From a virus (lineage: Duplodnaviria; Caudoviricetes), in the IMG/VR virus record IMGVR_UViG_2038011000_000015, positions 1-64,000 of that record: a stretch of DNA of 64,000 bases; one strand, 5' to 3'. Position numbers and translations under genes: made by a program. The notes beneath the pieces are model-generated. The model was not told the origin of the DNA. It worked only from the letters and a program-made list of their open reading frames with translations, and did no database searches. Numbering within the stretch: position 1 is the stretch's first letter; every line of letters begins with the position of its first letter. Below are positions 17,401-25,741 of this stretch, piece by piece.

Positions 17401-18721
17401 TCCGACCGTTGGATCGTCGGGCGTTGGCATCCCAGGGCAGACCTACACGGATGCTCGGACCGGCTTGCGCTTCACGGTATTGCCATCGGCTACGGGGAGC
17501 TACTCGGCCGGCGGGTCCTTCACGCTGGAAGTGTCGCAGTTGTGGCAGGTCAATCCGTCTGTGCCTCGCTACGCTGTGGGTGGTCTTGAGCTGATCGTGT
17601 CCAATACTGTGGGGGTTGGAGCCAACGATACAGCGACTCTCGTGACGTACAACCCGAGCGGTGTTGAGCCCGCGGTAGGTGACTTTTACTTCGTCAGCTA
17701 CCGCTACCTCAAGCAGGACTACAGTGCGAAGATCTACCAGCAGCTTAAGACGATCGAGGCCAACTTCGGGCGTGTTTCGGCGGAGAATCGACTCACGCTC
17801 GCGGCGTACCTGGCGATCCTCAACGGGGCGGTGTTGATCGTTGTGAAGCAAGTGTTGAAGGTGCCTAACACCAACCAGGCATCCGACCAGGCATTCAATA
17901 CTGCGATTGATGAACTCGCATCGCCGTTGCCAGGCAATATCAGACCGGCGATCATCGTTCCGCTGGCGACCAGCACCGGGGTGTACACGCATCTCACGTC
18001 ACACTGTGAGATACAGTCCAACCCACGCAATCAGAGCGAGCGTACTGGCTTTATCGGGTTCGCAAGTGGAACTTCGCCGACGACAGCGCAGTCGATTGCG
18101 CGGGCGTTGAACTCTAGTCGAACCGTTGCGTTCTACCCGGACTCAGCCGTCATCACGTTGACCGACGAACTCGGTCAGTCGTTCGAGAGCTTGGTGGATG
18201 GAAGCTTTTTCGCGGCGGCCGTCTCGGGCGCAGTGGTATCGCCCGCGGTGGATGTTGCGACGCCGTATACACATCGTCGCATTCAGGGCTTTACGCGAAT
18301 CCCACGTGTACTAGACCCGGTAGAGGCCAATCAGACCGCCGTTGCGGGGATCACGGTTCTCGAGGACCTGGATCCGATCATTCGCATCCGACAGGGGCTC
18401 ACCACCAACATGACCTCTGTGCTGACGCGGTTACCAACGGTCACGCAGATTGCCGACTTTGTGCAACAGCAGAGCCGCGCGATCTTGGACAGCTTCGTAG
18501 GAACCAAGTTCTTGGCGGCTCGCACCAACGAGGTTGTTGTTTCAATGACTGGCTTGTTCCGGTCATTGGTACAGGCGGAGATCGTCGGCGCTTTCACCGG
18601 CATGACGGCGAACATCGACCCAGATGATCCCACGATTCTGCGGTTTGAAATGTACTATGCGCCGATCTTCCCGCTCTTGTACATCGTGTTGACGTTCAAC
18701 CTGCGCGCACGATTGGCGTAG
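14483..18721 (+). CDS. Contractile tail sheath protein (1412 aa, with multiple inserts)
   Basis: N-terminal PPGVYTR; C-terminal sheath domain (AFYPD..AAAVSG..GITVLE..FVGTKF..YAPIFPLLYIVLTF). Confidence 0.92.
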   Translation: MAIGPFISYAPPGVYTRTLSETNASNLVAGLRIPALIGVGQEELEQADVEIVRGSSATVDQQIVFEDVSQSWVVDSRNVNNLLLGAQDGTLTTFRVRNFPIVDGQGFGRVTNDVRAVSVTVNGSLVSLGAVNGQRGTVTLQIPTQPNDVVRCTYYFHRGDTVFTDDLSEQVTQDNATLVSPGIAPFRITTGTNDKLVLTANGITATITLPSGDLSAATVATAVNAAQVANLSASVFTDNRGAEHVQLTNPVGIAIGSGAANGPLGWSTGTATARNRAFRVFQRPIVDGTGGGTTTTDTSKVIAKVDGKQVIVERVDGANGVVTLPSAPAPGSTVTIQYWANTWQDTFDYLPNSMVTTVLRSGISPGRNDFIQGTDFVISNPSPDVSVINWGSSFQVIASSTTPGATPFDGPSGSGGQIVGTLIDDQLYLAPCSRVTNTSTIPAVISPTDFLLPEIPTTGNGRSTILGASAFSSVANSRQDLATNRPDLITVYTGRSLRDALNRPPVDVVEVDGLNRRIRLRTPQPPDYNAYATFYYSRLADDTYLFTNVVPGAVGVGQYTVFSATQDRNLYDVRFASKSGLAQIVQWPRGVEQVPDAFHSGEGTPVSEFVTVTFGTSPALNAAYTNRGAGPYSFYSPFSATWITKVNGTNVTTNLDEPSEAWMVGGRVKGGTFDITNANNALNLSVDGTVYAVTLTTGETQTAEDIVDDINAVLGANGTASYKQIDGGDIFFIIKGAKVPGALPAGLDDVANVTILQSSATSLLGFRAFASADGTTGAINKPATMVGAEAGPFNGVVEGLNDEFNFRVNGVDYSVTLTPGDVVDSATVVADINTTVGQTIASVGTGANLNKIRLTSPTNDAGSFILINPGSANDLLGFPRNASASQTLVDAQEVVDRLMSTPGYLAGAVAYVEEIGGNDYIAFESLTTGVATSSIGFANSSAFNPTTGVGIVPGSDGDVGEAAQDNFTVTSSNPTVGSSGVGIPGQTYTDARTGLRFTVLPSATGSYSAGGSFTLEVSQLWQVNPSVPRYAVGGLELIVSNTVGVGANDTATLVTYNPSGVEPAVGDFYFVSYRYLKQDYSAKIYQQLKTIEANFGRVSAENRLTLAAYLAILNGAVLIVVKQVLKVPNTNQASDQAFNTAIDELASPLPGNIRPAIIVPLATSTGVYTHLTSHCEIQSNPRNQSERTGFIGFASGTSPTTAQSIARALNSSRTVAFYPDSAVITLTDELGQSFESLVDGSFFAAAVSGAVVSPAVDVATPYTHRRIQGFTRIPRVLDPVEANQTAVAGITVLEDLDPIIRIRQGLTTNMTSVLTRLPTVTQIADFVQQQSRAILDSFVGTKFLAARTNEVVVSMTGLFRSLVQAEIVGAFTGMTANIDPDDPTILRFEMYYAPIFPLLYIVLTFNLRARLA

Positions 18722-18801
18722 CGTCTAACCGGCTGAAGGCTGAGCGGAGCGCTCCTTGGTGTAATGCTTTGGGGAGTCGGCCGTTCAGCCGATCAAGCCG
18801 C

Positions 18802-19254
18802 ATGAGTCGTTTCCACCTGCGAGCAAGCGTCTTCGGGCGGTTGCTAAAGTTCTTCAGGGCACTCTTAGGTAGGCAAGCAAGGGTCGCTCTGGAGATGACC
18901 GATGATGATGCACGTACTCCGGCTGAAGAGCTTGAGCTGTTGAGGACCCTGTGTATGGTTTGGCCGGACGGGCCATATGCCCAGCGATTCTACAGAGCGC
19001 GTACGGTCGACCATGCTTTGGTCCCGCTAGCAGCGCGTGAGGTGCGGATGGCTATCGAGGCGTCGGTGATCCATGATTGCGAGCTGTGTCAAGACCATGT
19101 CGCGATGCTGCGACGTATTGAGGCTAGATTCGCGTCGCTATCGCCAGAATATCCTTCAGCAAGATCAGGGTTCCTGATGGCTGTTCTAGCCAAAGCTCGT
19201 CCTTTGATACGGTCCATTCGGGCGATTCTCCCATTGCGACCTCGACCTGATTGA
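18802..19254 (+). CDS. Hypothetical protein with a CxxC motif
   Basis: ATG at 18802 downstream of a GGTGTA element; HDCELCQDH; the 3' end overlaps the convergent gene. Confidence 0.5.
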   Translation: MSRFHLRASVFGRLLKFFRALLGRQARVALEMTDDDARTPAEELELLRTLCMVWPDGPYAQRFYRARTVDHALVPLAAREVRMAIEASVIHDCELCQDHVAMLRRIEARFASLSPEYPSARSGFLMAVLAKARPLIRSIRAILPLRPRPD

Positions 19255-19975
19255 GAAGCTGTGCCGCTGCAGCCAGGTTGAACGGGACGTAGTGACTTTT
19301 GCGCGCGATAAGTACCTGCTTGCGATCGTCGTGCATGGAGACCAGTACGCCCTTTAGGAATCCGAGACGGTACAGCTCTACCCATCCATCCCAACGGGAG
19401 CCGTTGGTTTGAGCGACCGCAAAGCCACCTGTGCCGCGATCCAAGATGCGGACGGCGGTGTTCGGGGCGGGCCCAAGCGCAGCAAAGACGCCTTCCTGGA
19501 GGTAGTCTCGGATCCAGCCTACTGCAGAGATGATGCGATCGCTCAGCTCTCTTTGGGGCAAGCCTCTGTCAGGGAAATAACTACGCAGCGCGGAGAGGAA
19601 GCGCGCGAGGGGCTCTTCTATGTGCGCTAGCGCCGGTAGCCCGCGTCGGTGAACGAAGTCTACGACGGCCACGAACCCAGTGGTGCTTGGAAGCGTCACG
19701 AGGTCTCGGTGTAGGAAGAGCGCGATGGCCAGCAGTGTATCGACGTCTTGAATGTAACGGGTGGCGAAAACAGGTGGCATGGGCCGGCCTAGCACTAGGT
19801 CTTCGAAGAAGCAGGGCAGCGCGCCTTTGTCGTCGGGACTGAACTCCTTCCCGTGGTGTTCATAGGCACAGATGCTCGGGTCTTGAAGCTGGTTCTTCGT
19901 GAGTCCGGTCTCGAAGCTCACAGCGTCTGAAACGGGGCCTGCTAGTGCAGGCTCCACTCTGACGTTCACGTCCAT
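19124..19975 (-). CDS. Hypothetical protein, possibly a divergent DHH-like phosphoesterase
   Basis: Only long minus-strand ORF not shadowed by a plus-strand gene; YEHHG and DVDTLLA motifs; has its own GGTGTA-N10-ATG. Confidence 0.7.
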   Translation of the reverse strand: MDVNVRVEPALAGPVSDAVSFETGLTKNQLQDPSICAYEHHGKEFSPDDKGALPCFFEDLVLGRPMPPVFATRYIQDVDTLLAIALFLHRDLVTLPSTTGFVAVVDFVHRRGLPALAHIEEPLARFLSALRSYFPDRGLPQRELSDRIISAVGWIRDYLQEGVFAALGPAPNTAVRILDRGTGGFAVAQTNGSRWDGWVELYRLGFLKGVLVSMHDDRKQVLIARKSHYVPFNLAAAAQLLNQVEVAMGESPEWTVSKDELWLEQPSGTLILLKDILAIATRI

Positions 19976-19985
19976 GGTGATCTAG

Positions 19986-19991
19986 TACACC
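19986..19991 (-). promoter_or_regulatory. GGTGTA promoter-like element (leaderless) for the minus-strand gene
   Basis: TACACC on the + strand, exactly 10 nt from the CAT at 19973-19975. Confidence 0.5.
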
Positions 19992-20035
19992 CGTGAGATG
20001 GTGAATGTTTTGTTATCCGGTGCTTGTGAACGCTG

Positions 20036-20605
20036 ATGCCCGAGCTAGCTGAATACCCAATCGTAGTGCTGGAAAACGACGCTCCCGAGCAAGTCGGGAA
20101 GCACGGTCTGTTCGACCTTTATATGCCGGTAGGCTCCACGGGGTTGATTTTCGTTGCAGCGGTACCGGGGATTCTTCGTTGGGATGGCCCTGAGTTCACG
20201 GAGGTTGTGCAGCGTGCCGCGAACCTAAGAGCAGCTAGCACGCTTGTGCAGATGGGTTTGATTCGCGGTGAGTCTTTCGCGTTCCTCCGTGAGGCGCTCC
20301 GACTTCACCTGCAGGATCTCGCGGATGGGCTTGGAACCACGGCTGCGAAGATTGTCGATTGGGAAAGCAATGTAGCCGCGCTTCCGTTCAACGTCTGGAC
20401 TTGGCTCGCGCAGCAAGCTTGTATCGCGGATGGTCGAGCGATGCCAGGGCACCACGCGCTTTGTCCTGATTGGCGCCCGCGTGTCATCCGGGTGTTTCCT
20501 AACGTGCCGGCGCGCGGTCAGTCTCAATCAAACCCTCAAAACAATGCCCCGCAGCAACATTCGGCTTTGCCTGGGGCTGACTGCTATCCGCCACCCTGTT
20601 GTTAG
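20036..20605 (+). CDS. XRE-type HTH protein, MqsA-antitoxin-like
   Basis: GESFAFLREALRLHLQDLADGLGTTAAKIVDWES matches the XRE HTH pattern; no N-terminal CxxC pairs. Confidence 0.65.
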   Translation: MPELAEYPIVVLENDAPEQVGKHGLFDLYMPVGSTGLIFVAAVPGILRWDGPEFTEVVQRAANLRAASTLVQMGLIRGESFAFLREALRLHLQDLADGLGTTAAKIVDWESNVAALPFNVWTWLAQQACIADGRAMPGHHALCPDWRPRVIRVFPNVPARGQSQSNPQNNAPQQHSALPGADCYPPPCC

Positions 20606-20618
20606 TTGGAACTTTCAA

Positions 20619-23600
20619 ATGATGAAGCGAAAGCGTGCACAAGAGCAAGAGAGTGAAGAGCTAGAAGAGTTCGGCGAGCTAGAGGTCGCTGAGTATATCG
20701 TGTTTCTTCTCGCGCTCGACACATACATCCGGTACGTAGAGGAACACCACGGGGTTTCAGCGGAAGATGATTTGACTCGCCGCGGCGTCCAGTTGGTGCG
20801 CATGGCGGATCGCCAGCACATGGACATTATTCGCGCGTTTCTCGATGGGAATCTACCGAGTGCTACGCACAAGCGCATGCTCAGCCGTGCTTTCGCGACG
20901 TTGCCGACCCATGACGGGCTCAGTAAACGCACTTTCAAGCTACGCACGCTATTGTCGCTCGGCGGCACGAGTACCATGCGGGCAGTATTCAAGTCCAATC
21001 GTGCCTTGCGTGAGATCAAGGACGCGATGGCCGCAGCTGCTGTGGAAGATGCCGACAAGGCGCTGGATCTTTTGGAGGCAATCCCGATTCGGAACCAGCG
21101 TCTGCGTAAGTGGATTGATCTAGCCGCTGAAACTGCCGGGTCGGGTCAGGCGCAGAACCCTGTAGCGGCTGCGAGTAGTCAGATCTCAGACGATGCTCGG
21201 CAGGTTTACGAAGCGACGGCGCGACAGGACGGTGCGGAGCCTGCGTCGGACGAAAGTCGTGTTGCGGTAGAGATTCGGAAAGAGCTTCTTTCAGCAGTTC
21301 AGGCGAAAGCAACAGAGACAGCTCAACGTGCGATGAAGGTCTCTAGGGAGCCCGATGACGCACCTAGGAAGTCTGAGGTGATCGGTATCGCGACCGCCGC
21401 GGTAACCGCCGCGATGGGAGATCCGAATCTAGGCGCCAATGTTCCGCCTGCGCTGAAGAACCTCGATCCAGAGCAGATGCTCGCGGCAACCACAGATGGC
21501 CGTGTGCTTGTGGCGGCCGGTGCTGGTAGTGGCAAGACGAGTACGTTGTGCAGCCGGCTGGCTTATCTTGTCCAGGAGCGGAAGGTAAATCCGTCGCGAA
21601 TCTTCTGTGTGTCCTTCAACAAGAAGGCAGCGCAGGAAATCCGTGAGCGAGTCGCTTCGAAGGTTGGTAAGGACATTCAGGAGCAGATGAGCATCGGAAC
21701 GATGCACAGCATCTTCAAGAGCCTCGTCATTCAGTATGGGACGGCTGAGGAAAAGGCGGCCCTCACAGCGAACATGATTGGGAAGAAGCAGTCTCGTCCT
21801 CAGCAGCGCGGACAGGCAAAGCGAACCCTTACAACAGGCGTCCTGAATAGCCAGATGGCTAAGATGTGGCGCGAGTGTTTTGACAAGGATCCGCCACGAG
21901 CGCCGGGCAACGTGATCCAGGGATGGATCATGAACAATGTTTCACCGGCGCAAGCCAAAGCGCAAGCTCTCGATGACAACGAACGAGATCTGGCTGAGTG
22001 GTATGCGTGGACTCAAGGCTTCAAGGGGATCAACAAGAGCTGGGAGCCCCCATGTGCCGAAATAGGCACGCGCGCGGAAAAGAGCTGGAACGGGTTTCTT
22101 GCTGAGTGGCGCAGTGGTGGCATTGATCGACTCGGCGACTTCTCGGATATGATCGTAATGTGTCGAGATCTGCTGAAACGAAATGCTGTCGCTCGCACCG
22201 CCGTTCAGGGGATGTTTGATCACATTGCGGTAGACGAGTGCCAAGACTTGAACGAAGTGCAGCATGAGATCATTGACATGATCAGCGAGCACATCGGTGA
22301 TGGTAGTGACGGTAGGTCGCTTTGGATGGTTGGAGATGAAGTGCAGTGTGTCCACGAAGACACTCCCGTTTCCATCGGGGCGGGCGAGACGCGCAAAGCG
22401 AAGGATCTGCGTGTCGGGGAGACTGTGCTTGCATATCGGAATGGAGCAATCGTTCCGCAAACCGTGCGATGCGTGAACCCGTCCGGCTGGACCTATGGCT
22501 ACAGAGTTATGACATTGACGGGGAAAAGCCTGACGATGTCACCGAACCATCGTATCTGGGCGAGCCTGCGGACCATCGAGGATGCGCAGCGGGTCGTCTA
22601 TCTGATGCACCGTGAAGGCTTTGGGTGTCGTGTAGGGGTCGCAAACTCAGGCGCCAGGTTGCCCTCGCATTTGGAACATGCTGACGCCGTCTGGGTTCTG
22701 GATGTCGTCGATAGCGACCGAGCCGCACAGCTCCTTGCGCAAAGTTATTCCCTTACGTACGGAATACCGACGTCCGAGTTTAACCAGGAGTATCGCGAGA
22801 TCTACAGCCGCTTCGGGCGGAATGGTTTAAGGCTGCTTGAGGATAAGCACTTGGACCCAGCATTGCCCAACTGGAGGGCATACGCAGCGACGCGCGAAGG
22901 CGCCGCCCGGCCTGTTGTTCAAATGACTGCACATGACGTTGACGGTACCATCGTAACCCTGGAGTGGGCGGGTACAGAGCTGAACGATCGGGTTACCCGT
23001 GTCGCGTCGGTGGGTTTCGCCAACAACAATGGGCGCAATAGCGTTCGCGAGTGCGGTAGTAACTATAGAGCGGCGTTGGAGTTCGCTTATGCGCTGAGTG
23101 CGGCAACCGGGGCAGAGATCAATCGTCGCATGGCTGTTCCGGACGATGAGCCGTACCCACTGATTAACGCCAGTTCTCTTCACAGGGGCATGTCGGTTCT
23201 AGTCGATGACGGGTGCGGAAGCATCATGGCCGACGTTGTCACGTCTGTGGAGCGTGTTGAGGGAGCGTTTGTTGACTTGGATGTGGAGGATGCCTCAAAC
23301 TTCTTCGGGGGCGGCATTCTGAGCCACAACAGTATCAACCGCTTCGTGGGCGCGCGGCCGGAGTTGTTTACGCAGTTTCATGGCAAAGAGGGATGGAAGA
23401 CCCGTAGCATTGCGACCAACTATCGATGTCTGCCTGAGATTGTGGAGTTTGCAAACAAGTTGATGACGAACCATCCGCGTAACATCGCGATGGATGCACG
23501 GCCCGATCCCAATAAGGCGCGCGGTCAGGCGTCGATCGTGGTTCAGGCGCCGTCGACGCATGCCGGTGGTGCAATCAGCGTAATCGGCGGAATCAAGCAG

Positions 23601-24920
23601 GATTTGGACGCAGGTGCAGCGATAACGGATTACGCAGTTCTGAGTCGCAATCGAATCGAACTCAACGACTATGAGACCGCCTGCATCATCGAGGGGATTC
23701 CGTATGGCCGTAAGGCGGGCACCAGCTTCCTTAAGTCTCCAGAGACCATTGTGGTGATGAGTTATGTGAACCTTGCCGTCGGGCAGGACTTCGAGCGCAT
23801 GCAGCGTTCACTGACCGAGATACTTGACCGGCCTAAGCGGTTCTTTTTGGCCGCTGGGAAAGCTGAGCAGATTGTTCAAGAAGTCGTTAACAAGCGAGCG
23901 CGACGTTTGGGGATCACCAATAAGCAGGTGAACCCGCTGGAGTTGTTCGATCCGCAGGGGATCTCTGATTTCATGGACGCGCTCGACCCGTACCGAAAGA
24001 TGCCCAGCTGGAAGGAGCAGGCGACATTAGAAGCCCTGCGTGACCTTGGTGACTCCCTCAGTGGGTTACGAGCGTCCGTGGACGCTGGTGTTATTATCGA
24101 TCGCCAGGGCGGCGAGCGCCCTTACACGACAAGCGATCTGTTTGGCGACATTCTGAGCATCCGAGGGGTTGAGAAGACGGCCGATGGATCGGACGCGACG
24201 CTACGTGAGACGCTTATGCCTCAAGGAGCGCAGGGTGATGATGATGACGATCCTGACGCAGATAACGGCGAAGCGCCCATCGGAAACGTGGAGTTCTTGT
24301 ACAGGATAGCCAGTCCAACACCGGATAGTCCGGACACAGATCCAAGCGAACCGAGAAAGTTCAAGGCCAAGATTGACGAGCTTGAGGCAAAGGCTAAGGA
24401 TCTTCGGGTTGATCTTGACGCGTGGGCAAAAACTCAGAGCAGTCTTGCTCCCTCCGAGCGAAGCGCACCGCCGTGTGTTGTTCTCTCGACTGTGCACAGC
24501 GTGAAAGGCGCTCAATGGAACAACGTCGCCGTGGTGATGGCGAAGGGTGTGTTTCCACGAGATCCGAAACCGGACCCCAAAGAGGAACTTCTATCGCCAG
24601 AAGAGCAGGAACGGCTTGCTGAAAAGCGCAAAGCCGACTTCCTGACCGAGCGACAGTTGGCTTACGTTGCGATGACGCGAGCAGCGAAGAATCTTACCGT
24701 CGTTGGGCCGTTGGAGAACGCTTACGGTCGAGATTCTGGCCCCTCTGTGTTTGTGCATGAAGCTGGCCTCACCGTCGGGCAGAATGTTCCTGGTAAGAAC
24801 GATCCGACTCCGGACGCGGAAGATGAGGGGTCGCCTCGTACGGTTCTGGCCTACTACTCCGGTCGAATGAGTATGGAGGCTCAGCCGGACCTTGACCACT
24901 ATGACTGGAGGTTGGGATGA
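20619..24920 (+). CDS. UvrD/Rep/PcrA-family SF1A helicase with a long N-terminal extension and an intein
   Basis: Q-motif LDPEQ, Walker A AGAGSGKT, Ia SFNKKAA, GTMHS, Walker B DECQD, IV NYR, V TVHSVKG, VI ERQLAYVAMTRA. Confidence 0.93.
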   Translation: MMKRKRAQEQESEELEEFGELEVAEYIVFLLALDTYIRYVEEHHGVSAEDDLTRRGVQLVRMADRQHMDIIRAFLDGNLPSATHKRMLSRAFATLPTHDGLSKRTFKLRTLLSLGGTSTMRAVFKSNRALREIKDAMAAAAVEDADKALDLLEAIPIRNQRLRKWIDLAAETAGSGQAQNPVAAASSQISDDARQVYEATARQDGAEPASDESRVAVEIRKELLSAVQAKATETAQRAMKVSREPDDAPRKSEVIGIATAAVTAAMGDPNLGANVPPALKNLDPEQMLAATTDGRVLVAAGAGSGKTSTLCSRLAYLVQERKVNPSRIFCVSFNKKAAQEIRERVASKVGKDIQEQMSIGTMHSIFKSLVIQYGTAEEKAALTANMIGKKQSRPQQRGQAKRTLTTGVLNSQMAKMWRECFDKDPPRAPGNVIQGWIMNNVSPAQAKAQALDDNERDLAEWYAWTQGFKGINKSWEPPCAEIGTRAEKSWNGFLAEWRSGGIDRLGDFSDMIVMCRDLLKRNAVARTAVQGMFDHIAVDECQDLNEVQHEIIDMISEHIGDGSDGRSLWMVGDEVQCVHEDTPVSIGAGETRKAKDLRVGETVLAYRNGAIVPQTVRCVNPSGWTYGYRVMTLTGKSLTMSPNHRIWASLRTIEDAQRVVYLMHREGFGCRVGVANSGARLPSHLEHADAVWVLDVVDSDRAAQLLAQSYSLTYGIPTSEFNQEYREIYSRFGRNGLRLLEDKHLDPALPNWRAYAATREGAARPVVQMTAHDVDGTIVTLEWAGTELNDRVTRVASVGFANNNGRNSVRECGSNYRAALEFAYALSAATGAEINRRMAVPDDEPYPLINASSLHRGMSVLVDDGCGSIMADVVTSVERVEGAFVDLDVEDASNFFGGGILSHNSINRFVGARPELFTQFHGKEGWKTRSIATNYRCLPEIVEFANKLMTNHPRNIAMDARPDPNKARGQASIVVQAPSTHAGGAISVIGGIKQDLDAGAAITDYAVLSRNRIELNDYETACIIEGIPYGRKAGTSFLKSPETIVVMSYVNLAVGQDFERMQRSLTEILDRPKRFFLAAGKAEQIVQEVVNKRARRLGITNKQVNPLELFDPQGISDFMDALDPYRKMPSWKEQATLEALRDLGDSLSGLRASVDAGVIIDRQGGERPYTTSDLFGDILSIRGVEKTADGSDATLRETLMPQGAQGDDDDDPDADNGEAPIGNVEFLYRIASPTPDSPDTDPSEPRKFKAKIDELEAKAKDLRVDLDAWAKTQSSLAPSERSAPPCVVLSTVHSVKGAQWNNVAVVMAKGVFPRDPKPDPKEELLSPEEQERLAEKRKADFLTERQLAYVAMTRAAKNLTVVGPLENAYGRDSGPSVFVHEAGLTVGQNVPGKNDPTPDAEDEGSPRTVLAYYSGRMSMEAQPDLDHYDWRLG
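22347..23330 (+). mobile_element. Intein (328 aa) inserted in helicase motif III
   Basis: VGDEVQ|CVHEDTPV ... block B MSPNHRIW ... VDLDVEDASNFFGGGILSHN|SINRF; removal restores GDxxQSI. Confidence 0.93.
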
Positions 24921-25741
24921 CCGTCAAGTCCGCGATGGCGGCTACGTACACTTTGATCACGCTTGAGGAGTTCAAGACGTATCTCAATCGTGCATTCAGA
25001 ATCCTTCGACCGCGGCAGGGTTTATCCAAGGGTGAGATTTGTTTTGATCTCACCCTTGGGAAATTCGTCGGCATACGCGTGTTAACCTCTATCCGCTCTG
25101 GATTCGGGCTGGGCGCGCAAGTTGGCAAGGATATGATCCGTGTTGGGCTCATAAGCCTGAAAGACCACGGGCCGCTTGAGAGGAAGAAGTTTGCCGGTCT
25201 GAAGCGTACCCAGGGATGGCGCGACAACCTGAAGAAGGTCATCGAGCAGTTGGTCGAGAAGTACGAAGATAACGATGAGTTTTGGGAGCAGTGGGCCGAG
25301 ACGCGTAAGCGACAGGACCAGACGCCGAGACCGAGTTCTAAGTCGCCGCGGATTGAGGAGATCGAACCCGAGGCGGTAGACGGCGAGATTGAGCGACCGG
25401 TTATCAAGCCCCCCGTTCCGACGCGGCAATACGACCCGAACCGGATGCAGGACGGGATTACTGACAAGCAGATGAGTTATCTCCGCGTGTTGATGCGGGG
25501 GATGACGCCGCAGCGGTGGCACTCATCTGGCGCGTCGGACATAACTGGAATGGATACTCCTCCTACGCGGCCTAGCGAGGTGCGAGGTCTGAGCAAGGGG
25601 CAAGCGAGTCGGCTGATCGATGCCTTGAAGTCGAGCGGGGCCATGGGTGGGGCTCGCTATGCACTGGAGTTGGCTGCGATAGAGGCGGAAATGGATCCGG
25701 CTGAGCTAGGAGCGGTCTCCCGATACGACTGGAGAGTATAA
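24917..25741 (+). CDS. Hypothetical protein with a C-terminal TxKQ..YL / SKxxASxLIDxL (DUF3072-like) domain
   Basis: ATGA coupling, SD GGAGG; ITDKQMSYL..LSKGQASRLIDAL. Confidence 0.75.
   Translation: MTVKSAMAATYTLITLEEFKTYLNRAFRILRPRQGLSKGEICFDLTLGKFVGIRVLTSIRSGFGLGAQVGKDMIRVGLISLKDHGPLERKKFAGLKRTQGWRDNLKKVIEQLVEKYEDNDEFWEQWAETRKRQDQTPRPSSKSPRIEEIEPEAVDGEIERPVIKPPVPTRQYDPNRMQDGITDKQMSYLRVLMRGMTPQRWHSSGASDITGMDTPPTRPSEVRGLSKGQASRLIDALKSSGAMGGARYALELAAIEAEMDPAELGAVSRYDWRV

Noticed and set aside
20430-20618. Track start positions at 20430, 55819, 1530, 6036, 8094, 9470, 10020 and 10667
   Set aside because: They overlap upstream genes or promoter-like gaps; downstream starts with an SD or translational coupling fit better.
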